This document shows, in pieces, positions 55,611-64,000 of a DNA stretch of 64,000 nucleotides. Every line of letters starts with the position of its first letter. Positions within the stretch are counted from its first letter, which is position 1. The DNA comes from a virus. Lineage: Duplodnaviria; Caudoviricetes. Position numbers and translations under genes: made by a program. The notes below the pieces were generated by a model. It did no database searches and was not told where the DNA came from. It saw only the letters and a list, made by a program, of their open reading frames with translations. The stretch is taken from positions 5,641 through 69,640 of the IMG/VR virus record IMGVR_UViG_3300005573_000008; one strand, given 5' to 3'.

Positions 55611-57647
55611 ATGAGCCGACGTCGTAAGCGCACAACCAGTACCCGCGCCGCCCGGCCCGACGCCACTGTGGTGCTGGCCGCGATCCGCGATGCGCTCGAC
55701 ACGAATGCTGTGTCCGGCGGCGAGTTCACGGCGGACGCCGCCAGAGCAGCGCGTACGGCCGTGCTGCAGCTGCGCCAGCTCGCGCCGCAGTTGCACGCCT
55801 TCCCTGATCTGCTGGGTGAGATGCGACATGTGCTGGCACAGGCGGAATCACGCGCCCTCGCATTTGCCAGCGCGCGTCCGGAATTGCTCAAGTCCGCTCC
55901 GACCGGTAGCTCGCCAATCGCGGCGGGTGGAGCGGCAGGCGCGTGGGCGGGCATGCACGCGCAGCGGACCGATGCGGTTGGCGTGCCCAACGCCGACTTT
56001 CTGCGCCGGCTCGCCAGCAAGAACCCATGGGTGAGTGCCGCTATCACGACGCGCAAGCAGCAGATCGGGCGCGCCGACATCGCGGTCGTTCCGGCAGATG
56101 AGACGAAGCCATTCAATGCGAAGGTTCAGCGCACCGTTGAGCGACTGCTCAATTTCCCGAATGAGTATCGTGACTCCTACCGCTCGCTCATGGAGCCCGT
56201 GCTCGATGACATCCTGGTGCTCGATCGCGGGTGCATCAGCAAGTCCATGGATGCCCGCCGAATCCCCCACGGCCTCTACTACGAAGACGGCAGCACGATC
56301 AAGATCGTCGCGGACTGGAACGGCGATCCCGCTCTACCACGGTATGTCTACGCCGCGCCGGACGGCATACGTCTCGTGCCGCTGCGCAATGACGAGCTGA
56401 TCTGCATCATGGCCAATGCCGCGAGTTACCGCTTCGGCCTGTCTCCGGTGCAGGTGCTGCTCGACACCATTCGCGCCGACCTCGCCGCAACCGACAAAGC
56501 GGCCAACCTCGTGCGTGACGTGCCGCCTCCGCATCTGGTGCATCTGAAGAACGCGACACAGAACCAGGTCAACGCGCTGCGCAGCGCGTACGAGATGGAT
56601 GTGGCGGGCAAACGGGAACTGATGTTTATGGGCACGGATGGCGACATCTCCGTCTATCCCATGATGTTCAGTCTCAAAGACAACCAGTTCCTGGAGTGGC
56701 AGACGTATCTGGCGCGCAAGATTTGCGCGGTCTTTCAGATCAGCCCACAGCAGATCGGCATCACGTTCGACATCAACAAAGCGACGGCTGAGGTGCAGCA
56801 GGACATCACCGAAGACGCTGGGCTCATCCCGCTGTTGCTGCTGCTCGAAGAGTTTTTGAATCGTGAACTGCTGGCCGACTTCGCGCCCGTCGACAAAGAC
56901 GGCCGGCCGAACATAGACGCGCTGAATCTGCGGATCATCTATCCCGAGGTGTCCGAAATCAGCCGGATGCTGCATGCCGAACGTGTGCTCAAGATGGCGC
57001 TCGGCGGCCTGTCCGGCTTGCCGCTCCTCACGCCAAACATGGCGCTCAAGATGCTCGGTGAGGAGCCGGTACCTGGCGGCAACACCTTCTGGGTGGACAC
57101 GAAGAACGGCCCGATGCCCTGGCTTTCGTATGACGGCGAGACCGGTGACTACGGCCGGTTCGCCACCGCCGGCGACCTGGGTGCGCAGGACCCGGAAGGC
57201 GGGATCGACGAGGACGAAGCGACACCCAGGGACACGACGCAGGAAAAGCCGGACCGTGGCCGCCCCACGGATGCGCCCGGTGGACCAGCGGATCAAAGCG
57301 CGACAACGACGGACGACGCACCGAGCGTGACGCCTCCCACGACCGCGGCCAATGATGCAACCGCCAGTGCACCTGCCACGGCAGCCGCCAAACAGGTGCG
57401 TCGTGTCATCCGCCGGGACACACGCAAGCCCGGCCAGCACTGGCGACCCGAACATGAGCGGACGGTGCCACTCATGCTGACGGGCATGTCAGGCGACAGG
57501 AAGCCGCGCAAGCTCGGCAAAGTGCGGCCTGAGGTGGCAGCCGCCCATCACAAGACGGTCGATGAGGTGACCGCCGCCGCCCAGCTGGCAACAGATCTCC
57601 GGGCCATCTTCGAGGAGGCGCAGCAGCGCGGCACACTGGCTGGATAA
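55611..57647 (+). CDS. Portal protein with N- and C-terminal extensions
   Basis: Follows TerL; DGSTIK, YRFGLSPV, FLEWQTYLARKICAVFQISPQQIG portal motifs. Confidence 0.88.
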   Translation: MSRRRKRTTSTRAARPDATVVLAAIRDALDTNAVSGGEFTADAARAARTAVLQLRQLAPQLHAFPDLLGEMRHVLAQAESRALAFASARPELLKSAPTGSSPIAAGGAAGAWAGMHAQRTDAVGVPNADFLRRLASKNPWVSAAITTRKQQIGRADIAVVPADETKPFNAKVQRTVERLLNFPNEYRDSYRSLMEPVLDDILVLDRGCISKSMDARRIPHGLYYEDGSTIKIVADWNGDPALPRYVYAAPDGIRLVPLRNDELICIMANAASYRFGLSPVQVLLDTIRADLAATDKAANLVRDVPPPHLVHLKNATQNQVNALRSAYEMDVAGKRELMFMGTDGDISVYPMMFSLKDNQFLEWQTYLARKICAVFQISPQQIGITFDINKATAEVQQDITEDAGLIPLLLLLEEFLNRELLADFAPVDKDGRPNIDALNLRIIYPEVSEISRMLHAERVLKMALGGLSGLPLLTPNMALKMLGEEPVPGGNTFWVDTKNGPMPWLSYDGETGDYGRFATAGDLGAQDPEGGIDEDEATPRDTTQEKPDRGRPTDAPGGPADQSATTTDDAPSVTPPTTAANDATASAPATAAAKQVRRVIRRDTRKPGQHWRPEHERTVPLMLTGMSGDRKPRKLGKVRPEVAAAHHKTVDEVTAAAQLATDLRAIFEEAQQRGTLAG

Positions 57648-57698
57648 AAGCTCACGAAAGAGGTGGAACCTTGCTGCATTTGGGCGCCCGCTGCAAGA

Positions 57699-58802
57699 TC
57701 ATACGAGAGGTGCGCCACCTTCGTACAGATCCTGAATACGTTGCAATCCATCCCTGAGCAATTGCTCTGCAGCTTGGGTGCGACTCAGAAGGTCTTGCAG
57801 AGCCTCTCGTGCCTTGGCGTATGCAGGACTTGTGTCCAGTTCAGGCCATGCTGCTTCAAAGATCGCTCTAAGCCACTCAAGTGGAGGGGGAGGGTTCTGG
57901 AGCTCGGTATGATATCCACTTTGCACGTAAGCCACCGCTAGTTCTACCTTCCCGGCTAAGAGCCACAATACAGCCAAGCGCGGCCCGTTAGGAGCATTCT
58001 GCGACGTGAGCCACCACTCGGTAAGGGCTGCACCAGGCGTTTTCATTGATGACAAATTCGCCGTTATGTCGTTCTCAACTAACGAAATTGCGTGCTCTAC
58101 GGCGCCGTACCATTTGCGCTCGCCTGGTGATACCCATGACTGGCCAGAGGTGCGGCGCGCTGCTTCATCCTGTTGCCACGCTATGTATTCGGGTGACTTA
58201 CGCAGACGAGCCACTGCCTGATCAACATATGGGATGAGAAGAGAGTGTGTGTACTCTTCAGCCGCAGTACGAGCTTGGGTATAGGTTTCCGCTCCTTGCT
58301 GGACGAGGTCGAACAGCACTTTAGCTTTCTCAGTGAACTCGTCTGCCCGATAATCTTGCCGATATTGCGACCACTGTACAAGCGGGATAGCAATGGAGTC
58401 CAGCGCTATCATAACGTGCGGATTTGGAGAGGCAGTCACTTCCAGAGGATAGGGATTACTACCATCCAGGGACTTCGTTAGCTGTTCGCGCAAGTACTTA
58501 AGTTCAGCGTGAAGAGGCGCGTAGTATTCTCGTTTCCTCACGAGGTTAGCCTCTTTGGCATATTGCTGACGCACAGCTTCGCGTGCGGTAACAGTGGCGA
58601 CTAGCGCCGAGAGGCCAGCTCCGAGCACACCACCGCCAAGCACTTGAAACACGCTGGTAGCCTTGATCCCCCGCTCCACGAGTGGCAAGGCGAGAAGCAG
58701 AATGCCGATTATGATCAATAGAAATGTGACCAACAGAAGATTCACGCGTTCTTCAATTGCCCTCGACCAATCCGGTAACACAGCCCGCTTCTTGGTGTTC
58801 AC
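57699..58802 (-). CDS. Antisense moron: two N-terminal TM helices plus a soluble helical domain
   Basis: Lower GC, opposite strand, inserted between portal and head genes. Confidence 0.75.
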   Translation of the reverse strand: MNTKKRAVLPDWSRAIEERVNLLLVTFLLIIIGILLLALPLVERGIKATSVFQVLGGGVLGAGLSALVATVTAREAVRQQYAKEANLVRKREYYAPLHAELKYLREQLTKSLDGSNPYPLEVTASPNPHVMIALDSIAIPLVQWSQYRQDYRADEFTEKAKVLFDLVQQGAETYTQARTAAEEYTHSLLIPYVDQAVARLRKSPEYIAWQQDEAARRTSGQSWVSPGERKWYGAVEHAISLVENDITANLSSMKTPGAALTEWWLTSQNAPNGPRLAVLWLLAGKVELAVAYVQSGYHTELQNPPPPLEWLRAIFEAAWPELDTSPAYAKAREALQDLLSRTQAAEQLLRDGLQRIQDLYEGGAPLV

Positions 58803-58916
58803 TCGACATACCTCGTTCGCAATGCAGTACAAGACTGAAGATTCATCGGCAGCTAGCGCATGTGACAGGCCCCTTGGTTATCGTATACCACAGCATCCCA
58901 CACGGCGGATCAGTGG

Positions 58917-59603
58917 GTGAAGCGCGCTATGTCTGATTCACAGAATGCCCGCGAGCGTGATGCCATCATCGCCGGCGTCACCGTCGCGTTCCTGCTGCGA
59001 GAGAGCGAGATCAGCCAGATGGTGGCCGCCATTCTTGCCGCCCGCATGGCGGCTCTCACCGCGTCCTACACGGACGCAGCTGCCACGATGGGAGTTGATG
59101 TACCCGATGACTGGGAGCCGCCGGACGAGCTGGTCAGCCGGATGCGGTCGGCGTCGGAGCGGAACGCAAAAAGCATCGCCGAGACCTACCGGAGCGACCT
59201 GGAAGCGACGGCGCTTGCGTTCTTGCTGGCCTGGGAGGGGCAGCACGGCGGCAGTCTGGATGGCGCGCGTGACGCCCTGCGCGAGCATCTGGCAGACTGG
59301 TGCGCGACCCGCGCAGCGTGGAAGGCGAGCCAGGTGAGCCAGTATGAGACGGCCAGCGGGTCGGACAGTGGCACCGAGCAGTTCATTCAGGAGCTCCTGG
59401 ACGGCACCGCCACGGACAGCAATGGCGACCCGATTGACAGTACGGGCGCAGTCGTCGCGGTTCTGCCCGACTATTCATCGCCCGACGGCATCTGTAGTGA
59501 TTATGCCGGTGAGACGTTCCCACTCGCCGACTATGATCTGCTGCCCGACTACCCCGTCCATCTGAACTGTATCCACGAGAAGACGATCATTCTGGCCAGC
59601 TAA
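58917..59603 (+). CDS. Head morphogenesis (MuF/gp7-like) minor capsid protein
   Basis: C-terminal C......P.HLNC.H motif; located after the portal. Confidence 0.65.
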   Translation: MKRAMSDSQNARERDAIIAGVTVAFLLRESEISQMVAAILAARMAALTASYTDAAATMGVDVPDDWEPPDELVSRMRSASERNAKSIAETYRSDLEATALAFLLAWEGQHGGSLDGARDALREHLADWCATRAAWKASQVSQYETASGSDSGTEQFIQELLDGTATDSNGDPIDSTGAVVAVLPDYSSPDGICSDYAGETFPLADYDLLPDYPVHLNCIHEKTIILAS

Positions 59604-59711
59604 GCGAGCCTACAGGCATGCAGCTTATGTCCATAGCATCATCGTGCGCAAACTGAGATTTGCGCATGGTTAACCATAAAAGACGACATAAGGCTTCTCG
59701 GAGAACACCCC

Positions 59712-60086
59712 ATGTACTACAAGAATAATCCTGCCGTCCTCGAATCCGACGACCTTGGTGAACTGCGCTCGCTTGAAACGAGCCAGGGATCCGACGGCAC
59801 GCAACTCGTCACGATGACATTCACGGTCAATGGCAAAACGTATCCCGTAGGCGAAAAGCCACAGCACGTGGCACTCACCAATGGCGTCTCGCATCGCTTG
59901 CTCCCGGTTCCTCCGCATATGCCGGCGGCCTCCGAGCTCACCATCGCATCAGCCCCGGAAGCAGCATCACAGGAGACTGCGCCAGCTGAGAGCGTGCCCA
60001 CACTGGCGGCTGACAAAGCGAGCGAACCGGCATCTGAGATTGTCACCCCTGAAATCAGCGATGACGCGGCTGGTACCGTGTCCTAA
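59712..60086 (+). CDS. Hypothetical head-region protein
   Basis: RBS GGAG; acidic low-complexity tail. Confidence 0.6.
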   Translation: MYYKNNPAVLESDDLGELRSLETSQGSDGTQLVTMTFTVNGKTYPVGEKPQHVALTNGVSHRLLPVPPHMPAASELTIASAPEAASQETAPAESVPTLAADKASEPASEIVTPEISDDAAGTVS

Positions 60087-60106
60087 TCGTACGGAGGGCC
60101 CGCCAC

Positions 60107-63100
60107 ATGGCTGAGCCACATTCGCCGTCTTCGGCCACGTTGGCGGCATCTCCTCAGGAATCTATCGACTTCACGGTATTTACCGGAGCGATGGAACTCG
60201 CGGAGTACAGCGCGACCGATGAGCTCATCAACCTCGTCGGCAAACCCGAGCTGCAAACACGTCTTGCCGAACTGCCTCGTCCGCTCGTGCATATGGTCGG
60301 TAGCAGCACGGAGCGTGACCTGCAGGGCGATCGCATGACGGTGACGGCGCTGCAGGACATGACGCAGTGCGATCCCAACCTGACCATCTTCCTCAATCAC
60401 GACTACACGCTGCCCGACAGCGTTTTCGGCAGTTTGCAGGGACAGCCCAGTATCGTCATGAGCGGCGGCATCGCTGACCTGCACTTCACCGCGGACGTCG
60501 AGATCATCAATCCCAACGCGCTGCAGACCTGGCTGTACGTCCAGCGCGGCCGGCGCATGGGTGTCTCAGGCGGCTTCATGGTGACGGGCTACCAGTGGGT
60601 AGACCCGCTGTCGGAAGAGCCGGTGGACGAGGACGACCTCGATTTCTGGGACATCATCGAAGGCAAGGTGGTGGTTGACATCACCCACGTCAAGATGGTT
60701 GAACAGTCCGTCGTGGGCGTACCCGCCAATCAGCGGTCGTGGGTCGAGTACGCCATCAAGGGACTGTTCACACGCACTCACAATCCCAAACTGGCGCCCG
60801 TGGTCCGCAGCCTCTGGCCAGAGAAATGGCGGAACCTGCTTGCCGGCGTCGAGAGTCGCGAGTTGACTCAGACGCTTGCGGAAACCCTGCCGCGCAAGAC
60901 AAAGAGCGTGCCACGCCTCTTCTGGCTGCCAGAGACGCGTTCGTTCGTGCTCGAATCCGGCACACGGCAGCGCCAGGTGCCACGCTCCCAGGTCAAGGAC
61001 CTGCTGGCATCCATCACTCCATCTGCCAATCGAACTGCAGCCCCGGCCGTGCCCATCACGACACCAGACGGGCTGAAAGGAGCGTCTATGAACGACGATA
61101 CAGGCTCCACGCCCGACATCATCAAGGGCGCGACCGGCAAGTCTGACTGGCCACTCGCTGACCGTGATCGCGCGTGGGACGGAGGCGCGGCGCACAAGCG
61201 TCTGCTTGAGTGGGCGGGCGGCAAGGAGGATCTCGACAAGGCGAAGTTCCGCTCGGTCCACTTCTGGTCGCCTGAGGGCGATGCGGCGGAGAACGTGAGC
61301 GACTACAAACTGGCCTTCTGCGACGTCATTGGCGGCGAGGTGAAGGCGGTCCCGCGCGGGATCTTCGCCTGCGCCGGTGCGCACGGCGTGGATGCCGCTG
61401 ACATCCCTCAGGCCGACAAGGAGAAGGTGCGCGGGCGCATCGAGGGCTACTACAGGCGCATGGCGAAAGAGTTTGATGATGACACGATTGTCGTGCCATG
61501 GGCCGATGAGAAGAGTCTGCCCGACGGATTCGCCATCGTGAAGGCGGAAGATGGTGACGTTGCGGTGAGCGCCGATGGTCGCCACGCGCCGTTTACTGGC
61601 GAGCACACCCACCGACACAAGGCGATGGGCAGCCAGGGCAATGACGAAACTCATGAGCATACACATCGCCACAATGGAGATGCTCGCCACGATCACGCGC
61701 ACGAGAAAGCGGCCGGTGACATCGCGCAGAAAGGCGAAGGCGATGGCGTCAGCATCCAGGTGCCCGAAGGAATACCGGACCAGGCCACAGACCAGCGCCC
61801 AGATCAGACAAAAGCCGGCGACGGTAGCGTCATCATTCTCGAAGACGGAACGCATGCGCCGTTCACCGGCACGCACACCCACGACCACCAGGATGGCCAT
61901 GGCGGCCATCACGCGCACGAGCACGCCCACCATGGTGATGCGGATCACGGCCACAGCCATGATGACCTTCGGGAGGAAAAAGCACTTGATGCGCATACGC
62001 TCGCGCTGCTCAAAGCCTACAATGACCTTGGCGCGGCACTCGGGTTTGCGGCGGTAGACGGCAAAGGGATGCGTGCCGACGGCATCGTCATGAAGGGCCT
62101 GCTCAAGGATGATGACGACAGCCAGGAAGTCATCACGCTCGTCTCGCAGATCGACACGATGACTGATACACTGTGTGACGCGCTCGCCGAGGTCAGCCCA
62201 TGGCAGCTCGACTCGCGTGTGGATCGCCTGATGCAGTTGCTCGGCATTCCCGACATCGATGACGATGGCGCGTCAGACGATGATGACAGCGACACACCGC
62301 CACCCGCCGCTACGATATCTGGCGGCCCGATCTACAGCTCGCGCAGCGCACATCGTCTGGCACGCAAGGCGGGCAAGCGCCACAGTCAGACTGATCTGGA
62401 TCTCATCCAGTCGATCCACGATGCCTGCATGTCGCTCACCGACGGTCGGTGCTGCGAGAACGCGGCGGCTAGTGCCGCGGAAGATCAGACCAGCGCGGAC
62501 GATGATGCCGCTGGCGATCAGATGCAGGATGTCCGCGACACCCTTGCCGGCAGCAAGGAGACGAAGGCGCAACTGGGTGAGTTGACGGCAGCGGTGAGCA
62601 TGCTCACGAAGGCCATGAGTGGCCTTGGCATTGCCGCGCTCATGGAGCAGGTACAACTGGTCGAACATGCACTCGCATCGGCTTCCGCCGAACAGCAGCA
62701 GCTCGCCGCACAGACCACCGCGCTTGCGGAGCAGGTAGGCGAACTCGCGCATGTTCCCCTGGGACGGCCGACACGGCTCGCGCGCGCCATGACTGGTGCC
62801 CCCACCAAAGCGCTTGACGAGTCGGGCGCGATCACGACAGACCAGCTCATGACGTTACTGTCGGCTTCGACGTCGGCTGACGACGACCTGTCGCCAGAGC
62901 AGCGGCTTGCGCGCGCCTACGAGCGCACGACCAAACAGTATGTGCAGGGGGTCGGACTCTGCCGGCACTGGCCGGCTGGCGTTGGCAAGGGCATCCGGCC
63001 CGAGCTCAGCAAAGAGCAGCGTGTGGCCGTGATGGGCTTGCCGGATGGCGTGAGTCACATTATGCGCTATGAGGAGGGCGGAGACGCCCTGATCCCGATC

Positions 63101-63118
63101 ATCGGCCACGATGATTGA
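60107..63118 (+). CDS. Prohead maturation protease fused to scaffold-like and His-rich domains
   Basis: N-terminal SSTERDLQGDRM...LNHDY...GVSGGF...EQSVVGVPAN (HK97-type protease); two His-rich units; helical C-terminus. Confidence 0.8.
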   Translation: MAEPHSPSSATLAASPQESIDFTVFTGAMELAEYSATDELINLVGKPELQTRLAELPRPLVHMVGSSTERDLQGDRMTVTALQDMTQCDPNLTIFLNHDYTLPDSVFGSLQGQPSIVMSGGIADLHFTADVEIINPNALQTWLYVQRGRRMGVSGGFMVTGYQWVDPLSEEPVDEDDLDFWDIIEGKVVVDITHVKMVEQSVVGVPANQRSWVEYAIKGLFTRTHNPKLAPVVRSLWPEKWRNLLAGVESRELTQTLAETLPRKTKSVPRLFWLPETRSFVLESGTRQRQVPRSQVKDLLASITPSANRTAAPAVPITTPDGLKGASMNDDTGSTPDIIKGATGKSDWPLADRDRAWDGGAAHKRLLEWAGGKEDLDKAKFRSVHFWSPEGDAAENVSDYKLAFCDVIGGEVKAVPRGIFACAGAHGVDAADIPQADKEKVRGRIEGYYRRMAKEFDDDTIVVPWADEKSLPDGFAIVKAEDGDVAVSADGRHAPFTGEHTHRHKAMGSQGNDETHEHTHRHNGDARHDHAHEKAAGDIAQKGEGDGVSIQVPEGIPDQATDQRPDQTKAGDGSVIILEDGTHAPFTGTHTHDHQDGHGGHHAHEHAHHGDADHGHSHDDLREEKALDAHTLALLKAYNDLGAALGFAAVDGKGMRADGIVMKGLLKDDDDSQEVITLVSQIDTMTDTLCDALAEVSPWQLDSRVDRLMQLLGIPDIDDDGASDDDDSDTPPPAATISGGPIYSSRSAHRLARKAGKRHSQTDLDLIQSIHDACMSLTDGRCCENAAASAAEDQTSADDDAAGDQMQDVRDTLAGSKETKAQLGELTAAVSMLTKAMSGLGIAALMEQVQLVEHALASASAEQQQLAAQTTALAEQVGELAHVPLGRPTRLARAMTGAPTKALDESGAITTDQLMTLLSASTSADDDLSPEQRLARAYERTTKQYVQGVGLCRHWPAGVGKGIRPELSKEQRVAVMGLPDGVSHIMRYEEGGDALIPIIGHDD

Positions 63119-63253
63119 TTATTTCTCACCGCCGATTGCTTTCGCCGCAGTATGCAGCTCCCTCGTGCGTGGGTGCCAAGGTGCGCGGCGTGGCATAGAA
63201 ACCTGGTGTTGCACCCTATGATCGCCACGTGCGCACGTGGCAAAGGAGCTAGA

Positions 63254-63581
63254 ATGCCTACTGCCGTTCAGGACAGCCCGCTGGAGTTTCGCTCCACGCT
63301 GGCCCATCCACAGGACGTGACGTATCAACTGGAGCGCCGCAAGAAGATCAACACGCTGATGCGCTACTCCGTGGATGAACTCAAACAGATGCTGCGCGTT
63401 GCGCAAATGCAGCCCGCGCCGCGCGACGAAAATGGCGTGCGGCAGACCATGGCGCGCGAACTGCGCAGCGCGTCGTTTATCCCCGACACGGTCAAGGACA
63501 TCCTTGGCACAGCAGCCGGCACGGGTGAAGCCGACGGCTCCGCTCTGGTCCGGCAGGACCTGGAACCCATTATTTACGCGT
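63254..63581 (+). CDS. Major capsid protein, exon 1 (interrupted by an intron)
   Basis: SD AAAGGAG; ends GSALVRQDLEPIIYA; the in-frame TAA coincides with the intron start. Confidence 0.7.
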
Positions 63582-64000
63582 AAATGAACTGCGCCCTCAT
63601 CGCGTAAGCGGTGTTGAATAACCACCCTGGAAACGGTGAAACTCCCAACGCTGACGGGAATGGCAGTGGACAACGCCGTGGCAAGCAAGGGCGACCGACC
63701 CTGTGCAGCCGTAACGACTAAGTGGGTGGCTCCTGATGATGGGAGGCAACGATAGACTGAAACAGTGGGGCGAAGTCCTTTTCCTTTCGCAACGTGAGCA
63801 TGTGGCAGGCCTCACAGAGCGTGATGCCATTGTCCAGCAGATTCCGACCGCCAAGACGGCGTGGCACGATGTGATGCACATGCAGCCGTTCAGTCGCGCC
63901 GCAGTTAGGCATCTGGCACTGGTACCCATCTCGCTCGTAGATGCGCGCCCGCTTTTGTGGCGAAAATGCGGGACGATATGCCGCGCCACCCCGCAAGCAC
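63582..64000 (+). ncRNA. Group I intron in the capsid gene (3' end probably beyond the window)
   Basis: P1 GCGU/GCGC with a U.G pair at 63581; P2 with a GTAA loop; P3 CCACCC/GGGTGG; P element GGAAACGGTGAAACTCC; Q GACAACGCCGTGGCAAG; R GTAACGACTA. Confidence 0.82.
63718..64000 (-). CDS. HNH endonuclease, antisense within the intron (5' end off-window)
   Basis: RIYERDGYQCQ..CG...LHVHHIVP..LGG.N..DNGITLCEACH; the frame stays open to the window edge. Confidence 0.88.
   Translation of the reverse strand, partial: CLRGGAAYRPAFSPQKRARIYERDGYQCQMPNCGATERLHVHHIVPRRLGGRNLLDNGITLCEACHMLTLRKEKDFAPLFQSIVASHHQEPPT

Larger units (their letters stand above)
1..64000. mobile_element. Temperate tailed phage (siphovirus-like) genome segment
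   Basis: Continuous phage modules (tail, lysis, immunity, integrase, replication, terminase, portal, capsid) with no recognisable host housekeeping genes. Confidence 0.95.

Noticed and set aside
1-64000. CRISPR arrays, rRNA and tRNA genes
   Set aside because: No regularly spaced repeat-spacer units, rRNA-like sequence or complete cloverleafs were seen; manual reading could miss a short degenerate tRNA.

Overview
The whole 64 kb window is temperate, siphovirus-like phage DNA from a high-GC host; no host housekeeping genes, rRNA, tRNA or CRISPR arrays were recognised. Host is not determinable here; Ktedonobacteria/Chloroflexota or Actinomycetota is a guess from gene style only. Layout: (1) 158-18687 tail module: terminator, tube, -1 frameshifted chaperones, tape measure, Dit, Tal-like, IPT/TIG fibre, repeat proteins. 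(2) 18684-22830 accessory and lysis genes: permuted papain-like amidase, HNH-like, ParB-like, DUF1003, GH25-like endolysin, holin. (3) 23008-27023 regulators and hypotheticals. (4) 27378-33271 a lower-GC island with two toxin/XRE-ImmA(IrrE) pairs resembling RosmerTA plus a Doc toxin-antitoxin pair. (5) 33458-37937 leftward early operon with a Rad52/Sak-like annealase. (6) 38093-42303 stacked divergent HTH switches. (7) 42364-52948 rightward early genes: RusA, DUF5131, Xis, tyrosine integrase, attP-like arm repeats, replication initiator, DnaB. (8) 53216-64000 terminase, portal, an antisense moron, head protein, a 1003-aa protease/scaffold with His-rich repeats, and a major capsid gene interrupted by a group I intron. 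The standout observations are four. First, a self-contained GIY-YIG cassette (own promoter, a three-way-junction leader RNA whose loop is complementary to the endonuclease RBS, a 3' hairpin) that has split a tail gene and is followed by a synonymously recoded copy of that gene's 5' end. Second, a capsid-gene group I intron with an HNH ORF on the antisense strand overlapping the ribozyme core. Third, an intact attP-like site. Fourth, an 18-bp motif shared by the terminase-operon and capsid leaders. All family assignments come from motif recognition, not database searches.
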